64,000 bases of DNA from Spirochaetaceae bacterium (GTDB taxonomy: Bacteria > Myxococcota_A > UBA9160 > UBA4427): the NCBI GenBank assembly GCA_020632655.1, contig JACKFD010000009.1, positions 6,945 through 70,944 of the forward strand, read 5' to 3'. Numbering within the stretch: position 1 is the first letter of the stretch; each line of letters opens with the position of its first letter. Both the position numbers and the translations under genes were made by a program. The notes below the pieces were generated by a model, which was given only the letters and a program-made list of their open reading frames with translations, was not told where the DNA came from and searched no databases. Shown here in pieces: positions 50,978-59,038 of this stretch.

Positions 50978-51595
50978 CTAGGCGTTCGGGAGCAGACCGA
51001 CGAGGAAGGCGCCGATCGCGCGGGTGCGCTGCTCGATGTCGTAGTCGTCGCGATGGATCCACTCGAGGGTCGTCGAGTAGATCGCACCGAGGACGACCTC
51101 CGTGAAGGTCTCGATCGGGGCGTTCGGGGGCAGCTCGCCGGGGCCCCCCGCGGCGAGCAGCGCGCGGATCGCGTCGGACACGCGGATCTCGCCCTCGGTC
51201 GCGTGCGCCGTGCCGTGGGCGGCGCCGAAGAAGGCACCGACGAACTCGCGATGGATCGGGCCCAGCTCGGCGGCGCGTCGCCGGAGCGCCTCGAAGAGGC
51301 CCTCGAGCCGGGCCCGCGTCGAGTCTCCGCTCTCGCGCGCCTCGTCGACGGTCGTCACCAGTCGGGACACCGCGTCGTGCGCGAGGGCCTCGACCAGATG
51401 CGACTTCGTCGGGAAGTGATTGCAGAGCGTCCGCTTCGCGACGTCCGCCGCTTCGCAGACGTCGTCGATCTTCGTGCCCTCGATGCCGCGCTCGGCGAAG
51501 AGCGCCTCCGCGCAGGCGAGCACGTGCGCCCGGAAGGCCTGGACACGTCGGTCCACCCGGTTCGCGGGGGCTTCGAGGGGGGTCGCCTGGGACAT
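50978..51595 (-). CDS. TetR/AcrR family transcriptional regulator
   Basis: Track ORF 50978..51628, with ATG 51595 after AGGAGG. The HTH is 'AEALFAERGIEGTKIDDVCEAADVAKRTLCNHFPTKSHLV'. Confidence 0.85.
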   Translation of the reverse strand: MSQATPLEAPANRVDRRVQAFRAHVLACAEALFAERGIEGTKIDDVCEAADVAKRTLCNHFPTKSHLVEALAHDAVSRLVTTVDEARESGDSTRARLEGLFEALRRRAAELGPIHREFVGAFFGAAHGTAHATEGEIRVSDAIRALLAAGGPGELPPNAPIETFTEVVLGAIYSTTLEWIHRDDYDIEQRTRAIGAFLVGLLPNA

Positions 51596-51654
51596 TCGGC
51601 CTCCTGGCATCCGGTTGCCAGTTGGCATGTAATTGCCTCAGGTGGAGGGTGCCG

Positions 51655-52329
51655 TCAAGGCGCGGGCGGCCCCGCGCAGGCGTCGAGGAGCGTCCGGATG
51701 CGCGGCGTCCGGGCGAGATCGAGGGGCACGCGACCCTGGGGATCCCGCACGCTGCAGGCAGCGCCGCCCCGCTCGATCAGCACCTCGACGGCCTCCGCGT
51801 GCCGCGGGGTCCCGCCCGAGGCCGCGCGGTGCAAGGGCCAGAGGCCGTCCTTCGGCGCGGGACCATTGCCCGGGACGGCGAGGGCCTCGAGCACGCGAAG
51901 GACGGCGGCGCGTCCCTGGAAGGCCGCTGCGTGCCAGACCGTGTAGCCGTCCTTCTCCGGAATCGTCGGATCGGCGCCCGCCTCGATCAGCACGCGCACG
52001 ACCTCCGCGTGGCCGCGCAGGGCCGCGCCGACGAGCGCCGTCTGGAGCCCGGGGCCGACGTAGCGCGCCCGGTGCTCGTCGATGCGCGCCCCCGCGGCAA
52101 TCGAGTCCCGGACGGCCTTCGCATCCCCGCGGCTCGCCGCGACGAGCAGGCGTCGGGTCGCGGCATCCGCGGCCGCGGGGTCGACCGATGCCGGGGCCGG
52201 CTGGGCCCGAATGGGCACGGCGGGGACCGAGACGATGGCGAACGCGACGAGTACGAGGGCCAGCCGCACGACGACGCCCGGGGTGGCCACGCGTCGGGCC
52301 GCCGGTCGAGCCCCCCGCCCTGCCCTCAT
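51655..52329 (-). CDS. Secreted ankyrin-repeat protein
   Basis: This is the tail of track ORF 51655..53115. ATG 52329 overlaps the upstream stop (ATGA). The signal is 'VVVRLALVLVAFAIVSVPAVPIRA'. The repeats are 'LLVAASRGDAKAVRDSIAAGARID', 'ALRGHAEVVRVLIEAGADP' and 'AAFQGRAAVLRVL'. Confidence 0.8.
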   Translation of the reverse strand: MRAGRGARPAARRVATPGVVVRLALVLVAFAIVSVPAVPIRAQPAPASVDPAAADAATRRLLVAASRGDAKAVRDSIAAGARIDEHRARYVGPGLQTALVGAALRGHAEVVRVLIEAGADPTIPEKDGYTVWHAAAFQGRAAVLRVLEALAVPGNGPAPKDGLWPLHRAASGGTPRHAEAVEVLIERGGAACSVRDPQGRVPLDLARTPRIRTLLDACAGPPAP

Positions 52330-53018
52330 GCGATGCTCCGCAGGATCCACTCGCTCGAGAGCGTCAGATTCACCGACGCGGGATCCGCAAAGCCCACCGC
52401 CTGCATCTCGTCGAACAGAGCCTGCGAGGAGTAGAGCTGCTTCGGGTCGAGCCACTCCTCGAGCCGATCCCAGCGCTCGACGACGATCCCCCGCCACGCC
52501 GGCGCGCCCGGCGTCAGCACCCTCGCCACCACGTTTCGCACATAACATCGCCGCGTCGGATGCAGCGCGAAGGACAGCTGCGAGATCCGCCCGTGCCAGC
52601 GCTCGAAGAACGTCTCGTCGGGCAGACCCGACGGCTGGGAGAAGGTCACGAGCTGCGTGACGCCCGGACTCGGCTCGCCGTCCGCCCAGTCCCGCGCCGC
52701 ATAGGGCTGGACGACGGATTCGGTCACGAGATAGCCCGCCAGGCCCGTCCCCAGTCCAGCGAGTGCCTCCTCGACGATCCCGCGGCGATCGACCGTGTCC
52801 AGCCAGACGAAGACGGCCGCGCCGATCTCGCGTCCGCGACCCGTGAGATGCGCGTCCGTCACGCGCGGGTCGTCCGCGAGGTCGGGGATCTCGAGCGTGA
52901 GTCCGCGGACATGGGCGTCGGCGAGCAGCGCAGGCGCGACGTGCTCCCGGAGCGGTCGCGCCAGGGCGGCGCCCGGGGTGGTTGCGTCCTTCAGCACGAA
53001 GTAGGCGAGCTTTTCCAT
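52326..53018 (-). CDS. Hypothetical protein, possibly a tandem EthD/Dabb-like fold
   Basis: 230 aa with a protein-like composition, translationally coupled to the ankyrin gene. 'MEKLAYFVLKD....' and 'ETFFERWHGRISQL' are EthD-like. The family call is weak. Confidence 0.45.
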   Translation of the reverse strand: MEKLAYFVLKDATTPGAALARPLREHVAPALLADAHVRGLTLEIPDLADDPRVTDAHLTGRGREIGAAVFVWLDTVDRRGIVEEALAGLGTGLAGYLVTESVVQPYAARDWADGEPSPGVTQLVTFSQPSGLPDETFFERWHGRISQLSFALHPTRRCYVRNVVARVLTPGAPAWRGIVVERWDRLEEWLDPKQLYSSQALFDEMQAVGFADPASVNLTLSSEWILRSIA

Positions 53019-53220
53019 GATCCTCCCGCGCGCGGGCCCCCCGGCCTACCGGGCGGCCGACGGGACCGCGCCGGCTCCAGGGCGCGTCCAGCGTACGGAA
53101 TCGGAGCGCCTGCACGCGACCCGATCGGGATCTCGGCCGTCGACCGGGCCCGATCGGATATCGTGGCGCCCGGCCGGCTCACTCCGATCGCGGGGCCAGG
53201 CCGCCGGAGGAGCCCGCGCG

Positions 53221-54102
53221 ATGACGAGACGATTCGAAGACGGCTTCGCCGGCCGGGTGGCCGTCGTCACGGGGGGCGGCGATGGCATCGGTGCCGCGCT
53301 CGTCCGTCGCCTGACGGCGGAGGGCTGCGACGTCGCCACGTGCGACGTGGTCGAGTCGAAGGTCCAGGCGACCGCCGAGGCCTGCGCGGCCGCGGGACAC
53401 GCCGGCACGGTCCTGCACCGGGCCGTCGACATCCGCGAGGAGGCCGCGCTCGTCGCCTTCCGGGAGGCCGTCGCCGCGTGGCGTCCGCACGTGAACCTGC
53501 TCTGCAACATCGCGGGCATCGGCGGCGGTGGCAGCTTCGTCGCCGGTCCGCGCGAAGAGTGGGAGCGCACCTTCGAGACCTCCTGGCTCGGCGTCTACTA
53601 CTCGACCCGCGCCTTCCTCCCCCTGCTGCTGCGGGCCGACGCAGGCCAGGTCGTGAACATGAGCTCGGTCAAGGCCTTCTGGGCCTCCCGCGGTCCCGGC
53701 CGGCCGCATAGCGCCTACAGCACGGCCAAGGCGGCGATCAAGGGCTTTACGGAGAGCCTGATCACCGACTTCGCGACCCACGCCCCGCACCTGCGCGCCG
53801 CCGTCGTATTCCCCGGCCACGTCGGCACCTCGATCACGCTCAACACGCTTCGGCTGCATCGTGGCGCGACGCTCGATGCGGCGACCGAGCGAGACGTCGC
53901 GCAGCAGGCGGAGGCGTTCCGCGAGAGTGCGCCCCTCACGCCGGACGACGCGGCGCGGATCGTGCTCGACGGGGTGCGGCGGGGCGAGTGGCGGATCCTC
54001 GTGGGCGAGGACGCGGCGGCCCTCGACCGACGGGTGCGCGCCGATCCGACCTCGATCTACGACGAGGACTTCGAGGGGATCGTCGTCGAGGCGGTGCGGT
54101 AG
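53221..54102 (+). CDS. SDR family oxidoreductase
   Basis: This is the tail of track ORF 53017..54102, with ATG 53221. 'VAVVTGGGDGIGAAL' (TGxxxGxG), 'NIAGIG', 'VNMSS...YSTAKAA' (S-YxxxK). Confidence 0.88.
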   Translation: MTRRFEDGFAGRVAVVTGGGDGIGAALVRRLTAEGCDVATCDVVESKVQATAEACAAAGHAGTVLHRAVDIREEAALVAFREAVAAWRPHVNLLCNIAGIGGGGSFVAGPREEWERTFETSWLGVYYSTRAFLPLLLRADAGQVVNMSSVKAFWASRGPGRPHSAYSTAKAAIKGFTESLITDFATHAPHLRAAVVFPGHVGTSITLNTLRLHRGATLDAATERDVAQQAEAFRESAPLTPDDAARIVLDGVRRGEWRILVGEDAAALDRRVRADPTSIYDEDFEGIVVEAVR

Positions 54103-54173
54103 ACCCGTGCACGTCCCGTGTCCCGGGCCCCGCGCATCGGTTACCGTGCGACGCGCCTACCGTGGAGGAATGC

Positions 54174-55397
54174 ATGCTGAAGTCGATGGCCGAGCGATAC
54201 CCGCGCCCCTCCTGGGTCCGCCGCGTGAACGTCATGGGCGACTCCGTCGGCGGGGCCGACCGTCTGGTCTCCCTCGACGTCGATGAGCTCGTCGATCTCG
54301 CGAAGACCTCGACGGGGCTGTCGGACTTCGGCGACTTCGACGGGGACTGGCGCGGGCGGCTCGACGCGCTGGTCACGTCGATGGAGCAGCACGCGAACCT
54401 GAACGTCGTGGGGCGGCTGCTCGAGCGGCAGGAGATCCTGCGCTGTCTCCGCACGCGGCTCTTCATGACGCGACGTCTCCACGAGCATCCGGCGATCCTC
54501 GACGAGAAGATCGACGCGCCCGTCATCGTCACGGGACAGGGCCGTTCCGGCACGACGATCCTCTTCGAGCTGCTCTCGCAGGATCCGACCTCACGCAGCA
54601 TCTCCGCCGTCGATGCGGCGCATCCCGTGCCGCCCGTGAACGATCCCGAGCGGCTGCTCGCCATGACCGAGTGCGAGCACGAGCTGTGGACGGACGTCCA
54701 GCCCGAGTTCGCGACGATCCACGAGATGGGGGCGCATCTGCCCGTGGAGTGCATCCACGCGATGATGCCCTCCTTCGGCGCGTTTCAATGGTGGATGTTC
54801 GCGGACGTGCCCGACTGGGCGCCGGACTTCGTGGCGTCGATGCAGTTCCACAAGGTCTTCCTGCAGATGATGCAGTTCGGCAAGCCCGAGGCGCGCTGGG
54901 TGCTGAAGACGCCCGTCTACCTGCCGATCCTGGATCTCGTCTTCGCGACGTACCCCGACGCCTGGATCGTCCTGACCCATCGCGACCCGCTCAAGACGAT
55001 TCCCTCCGGTCTCTCGACGCTCGCCTCCTGTCGCTGGCATCGCAGCGACACCGTCGACCTCGACCGCATCCGCGCGGGCGGAACGGGCATCTTCGACCTG
55101 ATGGTCCACATCCTCGACCGCCGGAAGAAGGGCGAGCTGCCCGATCGCTTCGTCGACCTGCATTTCCAGGAGCAGATGCGGGATCCCGTCGCCGCGATCG
55201 AAGGCGCCTACGCCCGGATCGGTCGTCCTTTCGCGGCCGACTACGCGGCGCGCATCCGCGACTACCTCGCACACAAGCCGAAGAACAAGTTCGGCAAGCA
55301 TCGCTACGAGCCCGAGGACTGGGGCTACACGAAGGCCGAGATCCGCGCGAGCACGCAGGCCTACGTCGAAGCCTACGGCGTCTCACTCGAGGACTGA
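54174..55397 (+). CDS. Sulfotransferase family protein (Sulfotransfer_3-like)
   Basis: This is the tail of track ORF 53988..55397, with ATG 54174 after GGAGGAA. 'PVIVTGQGRSGTTILFELL' is the 5'-PSB loop. 'WVLKTPVYL' and 'IVLTHRDPLKTIPS' form the 3'-PB-like region. Confidence 0.8.
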   Translation: MLKSMAERYPRPSWVRRVNVMGDSVGGADRLVSLDVDELVDLAKTSTGLSDFGDFDGDWRGRLDALVTSMEQHANLNVVGRLLERQEILRCLRTRLFMTRRLHEHPAILDEKIDAPVIVTGQGRSGTTILFELLSQDPTSRSISAVDAAHPVPPVNDPERLLAMTECEHELWTDVQPEFATIHEMGAHLPVECIHAMMPSFGAFQWWMFADVPDWAPDFVASMQFHKVFLQMMQFGKPEARWVLKTPVYLPILDLVFATYPDAWIVLTHRDPLKTIPSGLSTLASCRWHRSDTVDLDRIRAGGTGIFDLMVHILDRRKKGELPDRFVDLHFQEQMRDPVAAIEGAYARIGRPFAADYAARIRDYLAHKPKNKFGKHRYEPEDWGYTKAEIRASTQAYVEAYGVSLED

Positions 55398-55410
55398 GGC
55401 AGAACCGGCC

Positions 55411-56232
55411 TCAGCGCAGCGGCTTGCGCCCCACGCCGATCACGTGCACGGGGCCCGGCAGGCTGAAGTCCGATCGCCGCGCGAGGGCGAGGGCCTCCTC
55501 GGCGACCTTCGCCTCGATCAACCCGCCGGCGACGAGTCCCGGCACGGCGTACTCGAGGCCGAGCAGATAGCTCTCGGCGCCCGGGGTGCCGCCGACCAGC
55601 GTGCGCCGCGTCTCGTCGACGGCGACGTCCTCGAGCGACAGCTGCATCAGATCCGCCCGCATCCGACTCCCGTAGCGCCGCTTCCAATGCGGGCTTCGCC
55701 TGAGCCCCGCCGCCGTCGCCGCGTCGTGCAGCGCCCGAAAGGCCTCGGGCAGCGGTGCCTCGTCGATCGTGACGAAGTCCCCGTCCTCGATCAGCAGCCA
55801 GCCCCCCGGCTCGAGCACGTCGACCAGGCGCGCGAGGGCAGCGAGCGGATCCGGGAGATGCTCGATCACGTTGCGCGCGTGGGCGACCTGGAAATGGTCG
55901 CGCGGAAGCGGCGCGGCCATCAGGTCGGCCTCGACCAGGGCGACGGGGGGCTTCGTCTCGACATGGAATCGCAGGTCGAGGTCGAGAGAGACGACCTCGC
56001 CCTCGGGCCCCACGCGCTCGCCGAGCCATCGGGAGATCGTGCCGGCCCCCGGTCCGACCTCCAGGCATCGCCAGCCCGGCGCCAGGCCGAGCGCCTCGAT
56101 ACGCGCTCGGGTGGTGGCGTCGAGCAGCTCCGCCATCTCGAGCAGCCTGCGCCGCTCGAGCGCGGCGATCGGCTCGTCTCGCGAGACACGGTAGAGGCCG
56201 CTCGTGGACTCGGACTCGACGTTCGGACTCAT
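55411..56232 (-). CDS. Class I SAM-dependent methyltransferase
   Basis: 'RCLEVGPGAGTISRWL' (motif I), 'VVSLDLD' and 'VLEPGGWLLIED'. Confidence 0.85.
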   Translation of the reverse strand: MSPNVESESTSGLYRVSRDEPIAALERRRLLEMAELLDATTRARIEALGLAPGWRCLEVGPGAGTISRWLGERVGPEGEVVSLDLDLRFHVETKPPVALVEADLMAAPLPRDHFQVAHARNVIEHLPDPLAALARLVDVLEPGGWLLIEDGDFVTIDEAPLPEAFRALHDAATAAGLRRSPHWKRRYGSRMRADLMQLSLEDVAVDETRRTLVGGTPGAESYLLGLEYAVPGLVAGGLIEAKVAEEALALARRSDFSLPGPVHVIGVGRKPLR

Positions 56233-56331
56233 GCGCGGCGGGCTCCTTCGTCCGCGGAGCCCGGGCGCGCCGCGGGTCGCGGAGGCTAGCTCAGCGACGG
56301 GCCTGCCCGGGTTCCGATCGGAGGCGCCGAT

Positions 56332-57540
56332 TCACGCATCGACCGCCGGCAGGACCGCCAGGACCTCCGTCTCGCAGAGCAGATCCGGGCGGCAGATCGG
56401 CGCGGCGACGAGCACGTTCGGGAAGCCCGTAAAGCCAGCGGCACGCAGCCGCGCTTGCAGGCGGGCCGCGTCGGCGGGATCTCGCAGATAGGTCACGGCG
56501 GAGACGACGTCGCGCAGCCCCGCGCCCTGGCCCTCGAGCAGGGCCGAGACGTTGCGCAGCATGCGGTCGACCTGGGCGTCGAGGTCTCCCGCGTGGGCCG
56601 TCCGTCCGCGCTCGTCGATGCTCGCCGTGCCCGACAGGTGCAGCGAGACCTTGTTCGCCTCCGCGACGCGCAGGCCCCGGACGAAGTCGGCGCCGTACTC
56701 CCAGGCCTCGTTGAGCGTCGGGCTGTGCATCACGGTGCGGGGGCGTGGACGAGCCGACGCGAGTGCGTGGACGGTGAGGCCGAGATCGCTCGCGGCGAGA
56801 GCCGGCCCGCCGCCGATCCCGGTGCTGGCCGGCGGCGGATCGATCCCCCGAGCTGCGAAGAAGGTCCGCCGGGCGCGATTGAGTTCGGCGTAGTCGCGAT
56901 CGATGTCGCGACAATGGAGCCAGGTCCGGACGACGTCGCCGAAGTCGAGTCCTTCTCGGCGGAGCAGCCCTTCCGCCCGCTCGAAGAGGTCGAGGGCCTG
57001 CGCCCGGGCGCCCGCGCCCCGGCCGCAGAGGCCGGCCACGCGCAGGTGGCGCTCGTCGCCGAGTCGAAAGCCGAGCGCTCGCGAAGGGGCCCGAGCGGCG
57101 TTCGCGCCGCCCGTCCCGGGTGCCGTGCACTCGACCAGCAAGTCCCCGTCCCGCGGCGCGAGGGCCTGGCCTGCGATCTCGACGTGGGCGCCTTCGCGAA
57201 GGGGCGCCTGCTCGATCGCCGCACGCGCGGGGCAGCCGCCCAGCGCGTCCCGCTCGCCGAACGCGACGGCGCGGGCGTCGCGCACCGGCTCGAGGTCCGC
57301 GGCGAGGCTGCGCAGGTAGACGGTCTCGGAGACGATCGTTGGAAACGGTCCGCCCGCGCCCTCGAGCACGGCGCGCAGGGCGTCGTAGATCGCCTCGGCC
57401 TGCGCACGAGCCGAGGGTGCAGCCTCGCCGGTCGGTCGGCCCGCGAAGAAGATCTCGCGGGCGATCGGACCCTCGACGCAACGAAGCTCGATCGTGCACC
57501 CACGCGCCTCGATCGTCTGCGCGAGCGGATGGGACGACAT
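56332..57540 (-). CDS. Protein built of three tandem RidA/YjgF-like modules, the architecture of FkbO/Hyg5/XanB2-type chorismatases
   Basis: This is the tail of track ORF 56332..58863, with ATG 57540. Module 3 is 'LHLSGTASIDERGRTAHAGDLDAQVDRMLRNVSALLEGQGAGLRDVVSAVTYLRD...ETEVLAVL'. Module 2 is 'QALDLFERAEGLLRREGLDFGDVVRTWLHCRDIDRDYAELNRARRTFF'. Module 1 is 'QAEAIYDALRAVLEGAGGPFPTIVSETVYLR'. Chorismatases are pseudo-trimers of the YjgF fold (established structural knowledge). Confidence 0.6.
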   Translation of the reverse strand: MSSHPLAQTIEARGCTIELRCVEGPIAREIFFAGRPTGEAAPSARAQAEAIYDALRAVLEGAGGPFPTIVSETVYLRSLAADLEPVRDARAVAFGERDALGGCPARAAIEQAPLREGAHVEIAGQALAPRDGDLLVECTAPGTGGANAARAPSRALGFRLGDERHLRVAGLCGRGAGARAQALDLFERAEGLLRREGLDFGDVVRTWLHCRDIDRDYAELNRARRTFFAARGIDPPPASTGIGGGPALAASDLGLTVHALASARPRPRTVMHSPTLNEAWEYGADFVRGLRVAEANKVSLHLSGTASIDERGRTAHAGDLDAQVDRMLRNVSALLEGQGAGLRDVVSAVTYLRDPADAARLQARLRAAGFTGFPNVLVAAPICRPDLLCETEVLAVLPAVDA

Positions 57541-57551
57541 CGGGCAGCGGC

Positions 57552-58793
57552 CTAGCACCCGTCGGTTGGCAGCTCCCCATCGGGCTCGGAGGAGAAGAAC
57601 GTGATCGCGCCATTGTCCTCGAAGCAGTTCCCGACGCCGGGCTCGAAGGGCGGCGTCTGGACGTAGAGGATGTCGACGCCCGGCAATCCGATCGGGGGTG
57701 GGTTCGCGCCGTTGTTGGCGAGCGCATTGCCCGTGACGAGGTTGCGATTCGCCGACGGGTCGGCGATCGGCGGGTCGTTCTCGCAGTTGCGACTCGGGTC
57801 GCCGAGCGACGTCGCCGTACACCAGCCGAGCACGCCGATGCCGACGAAATCGTGGCCCTCGATCCGGTTGTCCCGGATCTCGTGGTCCGACACGCCGAGC
57901 AGCAGCACGCCGACGCCGGCCGGGACGCCGGCCTGGAAGCTGCCGGGCGGCGCCGGGTTCGGGAGGTTGTTGTCGTGGATGCGGTTGTGCGCGATCACCC
58001 AGTCGGTCATGACGGGTCTCGGCGGGTTGCCCGCGGCGTTCGGATGGAAGAGACCGACGCCGACCGTGTTGTCGTGGATGTCGTTGTGCCAGACCTTGAC
58101 GTCGTTCGAGACCGAGATCTCGAGACCGATCGGGCTGCCGAAGACCTCGTTGCCCACGACGCGGACGTTCTCGGAGCCCGCCACCCACATCGCGGTATCG
58201 AGCGAGCCGTAGGAGACGTTGCGCATGACGAGCCCGTTCGCCGAGAGCGTCGGGTAGATGCCGTTGTTGAGGTTGTCGATCGATTCGTTGTTGACGAAGC
58301 GGAAGCCGTCCACCCAGCGGGTCTGGATGCCGTTCTGCGGGAAGCCCTCGACGCTGAATCCGCGGATGTAGAAGCCGTCGAGCTCGTCGGGGCAGCTCGT
58401 GTCGCGGTACTCGCAGCCAGCGGGCGCCGCGTAGATACCCGTCTCCTGGCTGCCCGTGTGGAGCAGTCGGACCTTGGCCTCGGGGCCTCGGTCGCCGGGT
58501 CCACGTCCATGTCGATGTCCCGCTCCGTGCCCTCGCCCGGCTCGCGCCTTGCCGATCAGGCGAAGGTTCGGCGTGCTGATGCGCAGGCCATAGCGGGTGT
58601 TCTGCGTCTCCTGATAGGTGCCGGGCTCGACGAGGATCGTATCCCCGGGCGACGCGCGGTCGATCGCGGCCTGGATCGACTGGCCGGGCCGCACGCGATG
58701 GACCTTCGCGTCGGCAGCGCCGGCGATCAGCAGGAGCCCGACGGCCAGCCAGGCCGTCGTCATGGGGCGCTTCAACATGCTCTTCATCTTCAT
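57552..58793 (-). CDS. Secreted right-handed parallel beta-helix repeat protein (NosD/pectate-lyase-fold-like)
   Basis: Part of track ORF 57552..59360, with ATG 58793. The signal is 'MTTAWLAVGLLLIAGAADA'. 'VRPGQSIQAAIDRASPGDTILVEPGTYQE' is followed by repeated 'N.I..N..G..L' units ('VVGNEVFGSPIGLEISVSNDVKVWHNDIHDNTVGVGL'). Confidence 0.75.
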   Translation of the reverse strand: MKMKSMLKRPMTTAWLAVGLLLIAGAADAKVHRVRPGQSIQAAIDRASPGDTILVEPGTYQETQNTRYGLRISTPNLRLIGKARAGRGHGAGHRHGRGPGDRGPEAKVRLLHTGSQETGIYAAPAGCEYRDTSCPDELDGFYIRGFSVEGFPQNGIQTRWVDGFRFVNNESIDNLNNGIYPTLSANGLVMRNVSYGSLDTAMWVAGSENVRVVGNEVFGSPIGLEISVSNDVKVWHNDIHDNTVGVGLFHPNAAGNPPRPVMTDWVIAHNRIHDNNLPNPAPPGSFQAGVPAGVGVLLLGVSDHEIRDNRIEGHDFVGIGVLGWCTATSLGDPSRNCENDPPIADPSANRNLVTGNALANNGANPPPIGLPGVDILYVQTPPFEPGVGNCFEDNGAITFFSSEPDGELPTDGC

Positions 58794-59038
58794 CGTTCGA
58801 CGATCCCCTCGCTCGGGTCCGGCGCGCAGGGAAGTCCCGCAAAGGAGCCAACGCGCGCTGCACCCCGTCCCTTCTATCCCGAAGGGTGTCGCAGTGTCAA
58901 CCACGGAGAGGCGGAGGCGCGTCACTTCCGGGAGCGGGTCGCTATCGTCGGCGCTCGGCCCGATGCCGGACGACGGCGGATCCCGCGTGGCGACCCGCCC
59001 ACAGCCTGCTCGCCAATCGGGATCGAGAGAGGGCCTCG

